From Octopus vulgaris (Eukaryota): 64,000 bases of DNA. Below the pieces are notes generated by a model. The model made no database searches. It was not told the origin of the DNA and worked only from the letters and a program-made list of their open reading frames with translations. Of this stretch, positions 15,826 through 29,697 are shown one piece after another. A program made the translations under genes and the position numbers. How positions within the stretch are numbered: position 1 is the first letter of the stretch; the number at the start of each line of letters is the position of its first letter. Location of the stretch: positions 22,382,001 to 22,446,000 of the forward strand of contig OX597831.1 of the NCBI GenBank assembly GCA_951406725.2, written 5' to 3'.

Positions 15826-16641
15826 CATCATCATCGTCGTCATTATAAATCATTTCTTTTGTTTAACCAGTGAGGGGAATTTTATAAAATTCATAGATGC
15901 GAATTGCGCAACGTTCGAACGATGATGAAGAAAGATATGGTTGGGGTGAGGTAGATAAGTTATTTTAAATGAGGAAAAGGGTCACAGACGTCATACAACA
16001 TAATTAATGGAAACCCAACAAATAATTACACTGAATAAATTAAAGAGTACAATAAAAAAAAAACTGTATAATTAAAACATGACGTTTAAAAAATGAATAT
16101 ATATATCTTTAGCGAAACAATACACGATGTAACAATATCTATTTGTTTCAAAATTTGGCACAAGGCCAACAGTTTCAGAGAAGTAGCTAAGTCTGTTAGA
16201 TCAAGCCCAGTGGTCCACTGGTACTTCTTTTATCGACCCCGAAAAGACGGAAAGCAAAATCGACCTCGACGGCGGTAATTGAACTCAGAGCGTGCAAACG
16301 GATCAAATATGAAATCCCGTTATATATATATATATATATATAAGCGTTCCTGTCACAATCTGAACCTGATTACTGCTTAAATGCAAGAAAGTATACTAGT
16401 TCAATGAGAACAGACATTTAATATTTAATTTTCAATATTTCATTTGTTCAATAAGACAATCAATACTTTCTTTCATTTCTTTCTTATATATTCTATATTC
16501 TATATCCTATATTAATATTATAAGAATATTAATGAATCATAAAATTCCTTTGAGTAATATATTATTCTATACACAATCATACAAACCCCTTTGTGTATAT
16601 ATATATAAATGTATATATATGTATGTATGTATATATGTATG

Positions 16642-16695
<54 letters not shown>

Positions 16696-16709
16696 CATAT
16701 ATATAATAT

Positions 16710-17250
16710 GTGCCCTTTTAAAGCCTAGCCAGGCTCATGGGCCCGGTTTCCCTGTTTTAATGGCGTATGTGTTCCCCAGCTGGACGGGACGCCAGTCCAT
16801 CGCAGCGTTACTCATTTTTGCCAGCTGAGTGGATTGTAGCAACGTGAAATGAAGTGTTTTGCTCAAGAACACAACGCGTCGCCCGGTCCAGGAATCGAAA
16901 CCGCAATTTTACGAATATGACGCGGACACCCTAAACACTAAGCCACACGCCTCTACATATATATATGTTTGCGTGTTTGTGAGTGTGTGTGTAGAGTCGC
17001 ATGGATTAGTGGTTAGGGTGTTGCACTCATGATTCCGGAAATCGTGGGTTCGATTCCTAGACCGGGCGTTGCATTGTGTTCTTGAGCAAAGCAATTCTTT
17101 TCAGGTTGCTCTGCGATCATTTCGTCATCTGACATACAGCACACGGTGCATCTGTACTGGTAATGTCGATTTGATGGAAGGTGTGAGCTTATGTGAAGAC
17201 AAACATTTGATCACTATAAACAAGTCATCTGTGTGGTTGTTCCGTACGAA
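16710..17250. mobile_element. Two divergent head-to-head tRNA-SINEs (family C variants: 16710-16955 minus, 16995-17250 plus)
   Basis: A box (TGGCTTAGTG/TGGATTAGTGG) and B box (GGTTTCGATTCC/GGTTCGATTCC) in each. Confidence 0.75.
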
Positions 17251-17691
17251 ATTCTTTTCTTTATTAGCCAACATAGAGGGGTGATACAGGACATACGTGT
17301 GGGGTCATACATAAAAGTATGTATACAGTTTTAACAATGGCAAAAGGTTAAATATTGCAGGTGTAAACATATAAAATAACGGTGGTTCCCAAAAGGGGTG
17401 TTATTCTGGATTGGTTGTGGAAATTCCACAAACCACGAGACAACCTGATCACTGGGGCAAAAGCCTATAAGATCTTTCCCAAGTTAAAACCATTCATTCT
17501 AACCATTCCTGAAACTTTTAACCATGTTTTCCCATGTTTGCAGGAGGGCAGCTCCTCCCTCTCCCGTCCGTTACAGTTTTCTTTTCAAGTGAAATTTGAA
17601 ATAGTTAATTAAACCTCTGCCGAAGAGAAAGTTGTTCGTACACAAAACTTTCACCCGCGACATCCACACAACCTCTTTTGCACGTCCAAAT

Positions 17692-18149
17692 CCGGAATTT
17701 GGACTCAGAACGTAACGGCAGACGAAATACGTATTTCTTTATTACCCACAAGGGGCTAAATGCAGAGAGGACAAACAAGGACAGACAAACGGATTACGTC
17801 GATTATATCGACCCCAATGCGTAACTGGTACTTATTTAATCGACCCTGAAAGGATGAAAAGCAAAGTAGACCTCGGCGGAATTTGAACTCAGAAGGTAAC
17901 GGCAGACGAAATACCTAATTCTTTACTACTCACAAGGGGCTAAACGCAGAGGGGACAAACAAGGACAGACAAACGGATTAAGTCGATTACCTCGACCCTA
18001 GTGCGTAACTGGTACTTAATTTATCGACCTCGAAATGATGAAAGGCAAAGTCGACCTCGGTGGGTTTTGAACTCAGAACGCAACGGCAGACGAAATACGG
18101 CTACGCATTTCGCCCGGCGTGCTAACATGTCTGCCAGCTCGCGCGCCTT
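17692..18149 (-). mobile_element. SINE family B concatemer (~2.5 units of ~180 bp)
   Basis: The unit ..CCCACAAGGGGCTAAA..GAACTCAGAACGTAACGGCAGACGAAATAC is repeated head to tail. Confidence 0.9.
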
Positions 18150-18258
18150 TCAACACGTATAGTTTACGTATTTCGTTTTCGCTTTGAGCAATAAAAAAGA
18201 TTGAAGATCTTGGCCGACTTTCAGCTTTATTTGGAACCTTCTTCAGATACTGTATACA

Positions 18259-18338
18259 CTAGTGCTTTCGAAACATTTTAGCTAACATCTCTTCCCTTTC
18301 TTTTAATGATACTACTTGAATAAACTTCCACCTGTCAG
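18259..18338 (-). CDS. Possible terminal exon fragment (xDRWKFIQVVSLKEREEMLAKMFRKH*), unassigned
   Basis: Minus-strand CTAAT branch-like motif, long T tract and TGCAG acceptor (AG at 18340-18339), followed by a short non-repetitive frame ending in TAG. No recognised homology. Confidence 0.2.
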
Positions 18339-18636
18339 CTGCAAAAAAAAAAAAAAAAAAAAAAAGCATTAGAAAAAGACATTAAATACACCATAAAAAG
18401 TTATTTCGGACAGGTTGGTCGTTATTAAAAGATTGCTTGTACAAAAGTCATTTCCTTAATCTAATATGGAATATCGTCGAAACACCATTTCGACCAATGA
18501 TATGATACTTTTATAACACATTTACATGTGTATGTATGTATGTATGTATGTATGTATGTATGTATGTATGTATGTATGTATGTGTGTGTGTGTCTGTCTG
18601 TTCATCTTTCTCTCTCTCTCTCTCACTCTATCTATC

Positions 18637-18717
<81 letters not shown>

Positions 18718-18789
18718 GTCTCTCTATCTCTCTCCCTATCTGTCTATCTAAGCTTCTCTCTTTCCTTGTATATACTCTTTTTACTCTTG

Positions 18790-18999
18790 TACTCTTTTAT
18801 TTGCTTCAATAATTTGACTGCGGCCATGCTGGAGCACCGCCTTTAGTCGAGCAAATCGACCCCAGAACTTATTCTCTGGAAGCTTAGTACTTATTCTATC
18901 GGTCTCTTTTGCCCAACCGCTGTGTTACGAGGGACATAAACGCACCAGCATCGGTTGTCATGTGATAGTGGGAGGGGACAAATACAGACAAACAAACAT

Positions 19000-19079
<80 letters not shown>

Positions 19080-19245
19080 GACGGGTTTCTTTTCAGCTTC
19101 CGTCTACCAAATTCACTCACAAGGCTTTGGTCGGCCCGAGGGTATAGCAGAAGACACTTGTCCAAGGTGCCACGCGTTGGGACTGAGCCCGAAACCACGT
19201 TGCTGGTAACCAAGCTACTTACCACACATGCACTCTTGCGCCTAT
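18790..19245 (-). mobile_element. SINE family A, full length
   Basis: Collinear with 5335-5757. Confidence 0.9.
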
Positions 19246-19300
19246 AAGCCACTCCTGCACCTATATATATATATATCTATATATATATATAAGCATACAT

Positions 19301-19380
<80 letters not shown>

Positions 19381-19409
19381 GAGTTGGGTGTAAAGCACAA
19401 GTAAAAATA

Positions 19410-20045
19410 TAAGGAAAATAATCTGAAAATGTAGGAGTCTTTTAAAAGTATCTATTTATTTAACGGTTTCAGTTATTTGAAAAGATTCAGATCAAGTGAT
19501 AGAGTCTTTGACAATGATAAGAAACAATTTGAGGCTTTGTATGTCCTCTATGATGAGTGAAAAATTAGTTTACCTCTCAACATTCAGATTAGGTAATAAA
19601 ATATTTTATAAGACGAAAATTAATTTACATAAATATATCCCGATGAAATAATAGAGTCTTTGACAAGATGATAAAATATGTAACAGCCGACCATTTAAAC
19701 TTATCTTCTTGTCAAAGACTTCATTGCTTGATCGGGATTTATTCATATAAACTAATTTATCTTCTTATCATTATATATAAAAAAAAAACATTTATTACCT
19801 GATCTGAATATTTTTATGTAAACTATTTCTTAACCCATCACGGAGGATACACAAAGACTTACACCTTTTTCTTATCATTGACAAAGAGTCTATCACTTGG
19901 TTTGAATATATTTTTGTAAACTAATTCTTGACACCAGAAAGGATACTCAAAACTCCACTCTACTATTAAAGATATTTTTAAATAAATGAAACCAGTCAAG
20001 TTAATAAATACTTTAAAAAGACATTTATAAAATTTCTTTTCTTAT
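19410..20045. repeat. ~630-bp imperfect inverted repeat (foldback)
   Basis: ATTCAGATCAAGTGATAGAGTCTTTGACAATGATAAGAAA (19485-19524) vs TTTCTTATCATTGACAAAGAGTCTATCACTTGGTTTGAAT (19868-19907). Further nested matches converge on a loop near 19685. Confidence 0.85.
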
Positions 20046-20237
20046 ATATGCGAGTATATATACTCACATGTGCGTCGGTGTGTGTATGTATAAATAGATT
20101 CACATTATATTCTCTACCTACATTTAACGTTCTTTTAATTATACAAATGTTTTGGCTTTTTATTTGTTACTTTAATCTATCTGCCTATCTATTATATATA
20201 TATATATAGAATAACTAGGTAGTCGGAATGTTGGATG

Positions 20238-20288
<51 letters not shown>

Positions 20289-20292
20289 CTCT

Positions 20293-20644
20293 TCACTCTC
20301 TTTTTATTCTTTTACTTGTTTCAGTCATTTGACTGCGACCATGCTGGAGCACCGCCTTTAGTCGAGCAAATCGACCCCGGAACTTATTCTTTGTGAGCCC
20401 AGTACTTATTCTATCGGTCTCTTTTGCCGAACCGCTAAGTGACGGGGACGTAAACACACCAGCATCGGTTGTCAAGCAATGCTAGGGGGACATACACAGA
20501 CACACAAACATACACACACATACATACATATATATATATATACATATATACGACAGGCTTCTTTCAGTTTCCGTCTACCAAATCCACTCACAAGGCATGT
20601 GGTTGGTAAGCAAGCTACTTACCACACAGCCACTCCTGCGCCTA
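20293..20644 (-). mobile_element. SINE family A with internal deletion
   Basis: Junction CACAAGGC|ATGTGGTTGG lacks ~70 bp present in the other copies. Confidence 0.9.
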
Positions 20645-20837
20645 TATATTATTGATTCACATCTTATTTACAATTTTTAGCGCTTTCTTCCGTTATTGGA
20701 TTTATCGAAATATGGCTGAAATTTAGATTTCTTGTCACACAATGGGACTGAACCGAGAACCACGTAGTTGGGAAACAAACTTCTTACCACACTGCTCAAG
20801 GAAACTTAATGAGATTGGGGAGGGAGCAAATAGCGAA

Positions 20838-22015
<1,178 letters not shown>

Positions 22016-22559
22016 CGTGTATAATACTTTCATGTTACATAACTTCAAGTCCTGGTTTCAAATTACACCTACGTCCACTTAATTTTTAGGAGTTCATTTT
22101 AATAAACGATCGTAAAAAATTTTCACGTCCATCTGCTACTTGGGAGGTTTTACATTAATCCTCACTGTTGCAAGGGTTCGAGCCCTGTAACCTGGTAAGA
22201 ATTAGTTTCCTACTTTTCTCCCGTCAGAGTTGGAGTCCCTGGATAATGAGATGGGCGCTAACTTTGCAGTCTGACTAAGGCAGACGTAGTATCAATCAAA
22301 ACCTGGATGAGGTTCAATTAATCTGTTCCTTCCCCACAAAATGAATGACCTTATCTATATTTATAAACTCATTATATAATGTCTGTTGGGAGAGTGAAGA
22401 AAAAATTCCACCCCCCTGTATTTTGTGGTCTCCCTCTGTTTTAGTGATTTGTTCTGAAAGAAGGGGTTAGCCGTGTCCATGGTATTAGAAAACACACAGA
22501 GATCCGTGTTGTTGACTCTGTTGACTTTCTCTTTGAATAGATTTAAGTCAACAGCAGCA

Positions 22560-23005
22560 GGAACCATGATGTAAACTGTATTGTCAACCATATTATCAGC
22601 CATGATGTCAACGATAATGCCAACCAAAATGTCAATCAATATCAAACACAATGTCAACCGTGATGTCAACCATAAATCCAATCATAGTGACAGCCATAAC
22701 GTCAGTCATTTTGCCCATCATAGATTCAACCGTAATGTCAACTACAGTATCAAGCATTTTGTCAACTACAGTTCCAAGCATGTCAACTAGAGTTTCAAGC
22801 ATAATGTCAACTACAATGCCAAGCATAATGTCAACTACAGTTCCAAGCATGTCAACTACAGTTTCAAGCATAATGTCAACTACAGTATCAAGCATTTTGT
22901 CAACTACAGTTCCAAGCATGTCAACTACAGTATCAAGCATTTTGTCAACTACAGTTCCAAGCATAATGTCAACTACAGTTTCAAGCATAATGTCAACTAC
23001 AGTGA
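22560..23005. repeat. Minisatellite, 21/24-bp units (GTCAACTACAGTTCCAAGCATAAT) grading leftwards into a degenerate 12-bp repeat
   Basis: About 12 regular units at 22735-23003. Confidence 0.92.
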
Positions 23006-24388
23006 TAACCTATAATGTTAAACCACAATATCTAATCCTAGTGTCAGTCATTGTAGCCAGATTGCGATTGATGGGGGAGGAGAAACGCGTGAGTTGGGTG
23101 ACTCTGAGTTGAGGGTACAACTCTGAGGAGCAGAGACTATGTAGTAGTGATTGGAAAAGCAGAAAGATGAGACAATATTCCAGATGCTGGAGTTCAAGTC
23201 TCAGTTAGATTTAATTTATTCTATCGATGGTGAGAAAATAATTATCGGGCATATATTGTGCGCTTTAGCGATTTCAACTTCCAACCACGTTGAGGAAACA
23301 TATGTGCTCACGTGAGTATGTCTGCAATTAATATCTGTATTTTATATGACTGAAATTGATGGCTGAGTCAAAAGAGACGCAGCCTAAATACCTTGGGATA
23401 CTCGGATTATGTAACTTAATACAGTGAATTCAAAAATCCTACCTCTTACCCTCGCTCCAGTCTTACCGTACCTACAGACCACAAAGCTCATAGAATGACT
23501 GACATCAGTTTTCCTTGACAAAAATGCCAGCAGTGTATCTAATTATGGACACAGCATTACTAAATAACATCAATGATGCACAAAATCCAGCTAGAAAGCT
23601 AATGAATTGTTCGGGACTTGCTTTGAATTGAATCGAAAAAAGGGATTCCGTTTGCTATATGGCACTAAAGACAACAAACATTTGTGCAAAAACTTTGACA
23701 AATTATTGCTATATTTAAGAGAGTCGTGTAGCGAATTAATTCATAAACACTAATTGCATTACACTTCAGGTACCCAAATATTGAATGAGATAATCTGTTA
23801 ATTAAATAACTAGTTGATTAATATTTTGCGAAAGGTTTTTTTCTTTATAGCGAAATGTCAATATGCTTCTCCTTTCCTACAGTATCATTTAAGAAGTACT
23901 CCTCATTCATCTTCTTCGTGAGAATAGTCACACCTTATTTCTTGCTCTTTGCCCCGGGTACGTGTTTCGGAATTTAATTGGCTGTATGGCATTCCTAAAA
24001 TGCAACAGTATCTGTTTTGACACACGATTTCACACAAATCAACCACGGAAACGAGACTGGCAAATTACCTACCGAAATAAAATTAAACGTTTCATAAAAT
24101 ACCATTGGGGTAACCTGTAAATATAGTTCAAACATTCTCAGTCTTGTCCAATGATAATGGTTTCTAATTTTGGTATGATCCAGCAATTTCGGGGGCGGGG
24201 AGGAGTTAAATAAATTACATCGACCCCAGTGTTCACCTGGTACTTATTTTATTGACTCCGAAACGATAAAAGGCAAAGTCGACCTCAGTTGAATTTGAAC
24301 TCAGAACGAAAGAGGACTGAATAATGCTAAGAATTTTACCCGGAGTTCTAACAATTCTGCTAACCCACCGCCTTTAATAATAATAATA

Positions 24389-24452
<64 letters not shown>

Positions 24453-24647
24453 TGATAATAATAATAATAATAATAGTGCCCTGATGCAGTACAATACAAG
24501 TGCGTAACTGGTACTTAATTTATCGACCCCGAAAGGATGAAAGGCAATGTCGACCTCGGCGGAATTTGAACTCAGATCGCAAATACAGACGAAATACCGC
24601 TAAGCATTTCGCTCGGCGTGGTAACATTTCTGCCAACTCGTCGCCTT

Positions 24648-25975
24648 AAAGACAAGAAAAATATTGACTGTGCACGGATCCTTCCACCCTAAGGGTGACA
24701 CTGATAGGCTGTACTTGTTCAGAAGAAATGGTGGGAAAGGTTTGATCAGTTGGCAGGATTGTATCGAAAGAGGAAACAGCTTAGTGTGGTATGTAGATAA
24801 TACCGTGGAGCCATTCTTGAAACATGCGAAGAAGTTTGGTGTCGTTAAAACCGATAATTGTGTACAGAAAGAAAAAAATTGAAGAGGAAACGAACACAAA
24901 AAGGGAACAACATGGAAGAAGAGAAAATGTACGGTCAGTTTGCTAGAGATACGAATGCCAAGACAGATACAGAAGAGAAGTGGCCTGAAAATAAAGACAG
25001 AAGCGCTTATATGTGAAGCACAAGAACAAGCTTAAGAACTAACTATGTCAAGTGCAGAATCGACTACGCTACCGACAGCGGCAAACGCAGAATGTGTGGT
25101 GAGAAGGTTGAAATGGTATGACACATCGTTAGCGAATGCCCGAAATTGGCACAATGCGAATACAAAAGACGACATGATAATATGGGGATCTTTTCCTTTT
25201 GAACGGCACTTTGTAATATAATTTCTAGGTAACTAAAAAGTTTTAAACTTCGTATACTGGTAGAATGTGTTTATAAAACATCATTTTCTCTTGGATTTAT
25301 TGAGAAGATTCTATAGGTTGCAAGATATTTCGTCTTTAATTTCGAGCATTTCGGCAATTTTAACCAATCTCTGACCTCCATTTAGGTAAATAACATTCTG
25401 TGCATAATGAATATGTCCCTCCTTTAAGAAACAGATTGGGTTTATATACATTTGTGAAGAAAAAAGGATACCCTTCCCCAACCCCTAAACCTAACCCTAA
25501 CCCTAACCCTAACTAACCCTAACTAACCCTAACTCTAAATCTAAAATAGATTGAAATGCAATAGATCGATACTAGGGCCATAATTATGGGTGACATTTTC
25601 ATTTGAACCCGCTAGAAAAAAATCCCATTTTCCGTAGCGGTGTCGTATGAAATTGTCACCCATAATTATAACCCTAGTATCGATCTATTGCATTTCAATC
25701 TATTTTAGATTTAGGGTTAGAGTTAGGGTTAGCTAGGGTTAGGGTTAGGGATAGGGTTAGGGGTGGGGGAAGGGTATGAAAAGTGCCGTTCAAAAGGAAA
25801 AGTTCCTAATATGGTAAGAATGATCCATTGGGAGTTCTGTGGAAATCACGGCCTGCAAAGATTAAAGACGTGGTATGAACAAACTCTAGAAGAAGTCATC
25901 GAGAATGAAGACTGCAAAATCCTGTGGGATGGAATGATTCAGTGTGATCATCTGACCAGACACGACTTGTCATTC
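24648..25975 (+). mobile_element. R4/Dong-like LINE internal fragment interrupted by a MITE
   Basis: HPKGDTDRLYLFRRNGGKGL, EAQEQ, HIVSECPKLAQCEYKRRHDNM|VRMIHWEFC..ILWD. The frame is restored when 25186-25806 and one TSD are removed. Confidence 0.88.
25186..25806. mobile_element. Non-autonomous DNA transposon, Merlin-like (GG..CC TIRs, 8-bp TSD), carrying telomeric repeats
   Basis: TIR GGATCTTTTCCTTTTGAACGGCACTTT / AAAGTGCCGTTCAAAAGGAAAAGTTCC. TSD TAATATGG at 25178-25185 and 25807-25814. Internal inverted repeat 25468-25777 with (CCCTAA)n..(TTAGGG)n. Confidence 0.9.
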
Positions 25976-26051
25976 CTTTAAGTAAGCTGCTGAATGGCAC
26001 AGGACATGGGTACCGAGTGTACGATAGACAAATTAACCACTTCCTTTATAT

Positions 26052-26392
26052 CAGTGGTTCTCAACCATGTTTTTCTATCTGTAAACCTCTTTGATTGCTA
26101 TTTTATTGCGGTAGGATCCTATAGAATTCGACGAATAAAAACTAATTTTATAGAAATTTCTTTCAAAATTTCTATCTTGTTTTTCGCACATTAATTTGTG
26201 TTGGTTAAACTATGTAAAATGTTAGAGAAAAAAATGTAGCTGTTTTATGCAATTAATACATCTGAAGTAAAATTTGTTCATAGGCTCTTAAAATACAACT
26301 ATAGATTCCCAGTTTGCTCTATTGATTGCATGAAACCCCAAACATCTTATATGGAACCTCTTTAGTCACATGGACCCCGGGGAGAACCACCC
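26052..26392. mobile_element. hAT (Charlie-like) MITE
   Basis: CAGTGGTTCTCAACC left end, degenerate GAGAACCAC right end. 8-bp TSD CTTTATAT (26044-26051) / CTTTACAT (26393-26400). Confidence 0.75.
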
Positions 26393-26914
26393 CTTTACAT
26401 AGATGATCTATGGCATTTCACGTATGATCAAAAAAGGGAACGATTATAACTGTAGTAAAAACTGCTTGGTGATTCCGACTGAGGGCCAACCATCCACAAA
26501 TCTAAATTCACATTGGCTACCAAAAGCACAAGCAACGGAACCATTTGTTGTTCTGCAATCTACAGCGGCATGCTGAAAATAATTACATTCATTCGAACCA
26601 TGCTTGCAACAGCCGCCCATCTTTTGGCAAATTTGTTGCAGGAGATAACTTCCTTCTCCACTCACAAAGTAACAATAATAATTGGTTGCCAATTAAATGT
26701 GTAATTATTAAAGTAATTGGCGTTTAATTGCGCATTAATTTATTCAATGAAAATATTTTGTTTTCCACTGCAGTTCATTAACGTTTTACTGTGTACCTTA
26801 GCCGCTTTTGCTGTTATTACTATTTCTTTGTTTATTCCTCATTGTATAATTGTATATCATTCATATTTTCAAGATGTGTGCTTATGCATTGGTAAATATA
26901 TACATATATACAAG

Positions 26915-27103
26915 AAACTATGACACTACAACCAGCCAGGAACAGTCTTTGCTACATTTGCGGTACCTGCCAGAGGGAGTGTTTGTCCAGGATAGGACTA
27001 CACAGCCACAGCAGGAAATGTATCAGGACATGAAATGTAAAAGCCGGACTGTACTATTTTATGCGCAACTCCATTGTCTCCCGAGACAAAAAGGATGCCA
27101 AGA
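26915..27103 (+). mobile_element. RTE-clade LINE 3' end
   Basis: Encodes YICGTCQRECLSRIGLHSHSRKC (RTE C-terminal Cys/His motif), then the short tail CCATTGTCTCCCGAGACAAAAAGGATGCC. Confidence 0.8.
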
Positions 27104-27114
27104 ATATATATATA

Positions 27115-27183
<69 letters not shown>

Positions 27184-27224
27184 TTATTTATTTATATATA
27201 TATACATGTTTTTATTTTTATTTT

Positions 27225-27572
27225 TATGCGCCCTTTTCAAACCTAACCAGGCTCATGGGCCAGGTTCCCCGGTTTCTGTGGCCTATGTGTTCCCCCCAGC
27301 TGGACAGGACGCCAGTTCATCGCAGCGTTACTCAAGGAACAGGAAGAGAGAGTGAGAGAAAGCTAGGGCAAAAGAGTACAACAAGGGTCACCCCCCTGCC
27401 AGAGACTCGTGGATCTTTAGGTGTTTTCGCTCAATAAATACACACAACCCCCGGTCTGGGAATCAAAACTGCGAACCTCCGACCACGAGTCCGCTGCCCT
27501 AACCACTGGACCATTTCGCCTCCACACACATGTATATATGTGTATATATATATGTGTATATATGTGTATATA

Positions 27573-27603
<31 letters not shown>

Positions 27604-27662
27604 GAATGTAGATATATAAATATATCTTTAGTTATATAAGTGTCTACAATGTACTGTATACA

Positions 27663-27705
<43 letters not shown>

Positions 27706-27925
27706 AGGCGCAGTGGCCCAGTGGTTAGGGCAGTTTCGATTCCCAGACCAGGCGTTGTGAGTGTTTATTGAATGAAAACACCTAAAGCTCCACGATACTC
27801 CGCAACTTTCTCTCACTCTTTCTCGCTTAGCCAGCGGGGTGGCCTCATTTGAAGGCTAAAACAATGCAAAGCGCATTGTGACCAGCGATGTGTAGCAACA
27901 TCTGGTCGGTCACGTGATCACGTGA
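27225..27925. mobile_element. Family C SINE variants (27225-27525 minus; 27703-27925 plus)
   Basis: Same TGGAGGCG..TGGCCCAGTGGTTAGGGCAG head with different 3' modules. Confidence 0.8.
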
Positions 27926-27967
27926 TATATATATATATATTTTTTTTTACACATGTATATATGTATG

Positions 27968-28001
<34 letters not shown>

Positions 28002-28062
28002 CATGTATATACATATATATGCTTACATGCTTACAAACATACATACATGCAAACACACGCAC

Positions 28063-28126
<64 letters not shown>

Positions 28127-28735
28127 CTGTACCAGCTCCATTTCCCAAATTTGGGTTTTACTAACCTACATATCAACCCCAGTTGTTACGGTTTCAGCTT
28201 ATTGAACTTCGATGTGAGAAAAATTTACAACCTTCTACGTCAATAAACCATTATTGTTCCTGAAAGCTACTTTTCTATACCTTTCACAGACTGGCCGAAG
28301 TTTACTAACTTCCTACTCCTTTGATCCGGGGATCTTACCTTTACATATGATTACACACACACATACGAAAGATCCAGGGAAATAATTACAGAGTAGCCAG
28401 GTGTCACATAAGTGTCAGTAATCACACTTCTGTGCGAGTTCTTTCCTGGGAGAAGCGAGGTGTATTTTGAAGAACATAGCAAAAATTGAAAACGGACACA
28501 ATCACTTAAGACGTTATTAAACTATTTATATCTTTATATTATCTGCATATGTTTCAATGGGCGCATACAAAATATATCTGACAGGATGAATAATGTAGAG
28601 CAATGCATCATTCTTATCAGGGAGGATATAAACAACCGTGAGCATCAATTAGACATTTTAACAGATGTAAGAAACTGCAACATGTGACGTGTATAAATAT
28701 AAATATACATATATACATATTTTTTTCTATGGCCG

Positions 28736-28788
28736 GATAACTGAAGAGATGGGTTTCCGTCCCGACATCCGAAACTTCGATTTTTATC
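28736..28788 (+). ncRNA. Degenerate type I hammerhead motif (Penelope-like remnant)
   Basis: GATAA-CTGAAGA-GATG..CATC-C-GAAAC-TTCGA-TTT-TTATC. Stem III is imperfect. Confidence 0.55.
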
Positions 28789-28892
28789 ATGGCTACCGAA
28801 TAAGTGTCACATATTATATTTAAAGATAAATTTCTCTATTTACATAATATCGAGGTCTCTTTCATTCTTTTGGTGTCTTACCATTTCTATCA

Positions 28893-28941
<49 letters not shown>

Positions 28942-29305
28942 CATGTATAGATAAATACATATATAAACACACGTATACATACACATACACACGTATAAGC
29001 ATATACATATATACATAAAAATATATACACACATTCATATATACACATATACACAGGCACACATACAGACATATATAAACATATATGCATATACATGCAA
29101 GAACACCTACCAATATGCACGCTTATACATATATGGAAATCGAAGTTTTGAAGAGAACGCTTCAATATAAAAATGCTGTTGACGAAACCGACGCCATATG
29201 GCGAGGAAAGAAAAGAAGGTATAGACGAAGAAAGAAGGAACGAGAGAACGAAAGTTAAAGGAGAAAGGGAGGGAGGCATAAGCAAATAGAGGATAGATGA
29301 TAGAT

Positions 29306-29697
29306 GTGGAGGCGAAATGGCCCAGTGGTTAGGGCAGCAGACTCGCGGTCATAGGATCGCGGGTTCGATTCCCATACCGGGCGTTGTGAGTGTTTATTGA
29401 GCGAAAACACCTAAAAGCTCCACGAGGCTCCGGCAGGGGATGGTGGTGATCCCTGCTGTACTCTTTCACCACAACTTTCTCTCACTCTTACTTCCTGTTT
29501 CTGTTGTACATGTACTTCAAAGGGCCGGCCTTGTCACTCTCTGTGTCACACTGAATATCCCCGAGAACTACGTTAAGGGTACACGTGTCTGTGGAGTGCT
29601 CATCCACTTACACGTTAATTTCACGAGCAGGCTGTTCCGTTGATTCGGATCAACCGGGACCCTCGTCGTCGTAACCGACGGAGTGCTTCCACACAAA
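29306..29697 (+). mobile_element. tRNA-derived SINE family C, full length
   Basis: A box TGGCCCAGTGG, B box GGTTCGATTCC. TSD AGATGATAGAT at 29295-29305 and 29698-29708. Confidence 0.93.

Noticed and set aside
22735-23003. CRISPR-like array
   Set aside because: Tandem units with no unique spacers, eukaryotic context and no cas genes.
23880-23996. Possible small exons on either strand
   Set aside because: Splice-like motifs exist on both strands but give no recognisable peptide; not distinguishable from chance.
25480-25765. Chromosome fusion scar or true telomere
   Set aside because: The repeats are short, lie inside a TIR/TSD-bounded element, and are in CCCTAA..TTAGGG order, opposite to an end-to-end fusion.
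26444-26692. 82-aa Cys-rich ORF
   Set aside because: Non-ATG start, no recognisable domain and no supported splice donor.
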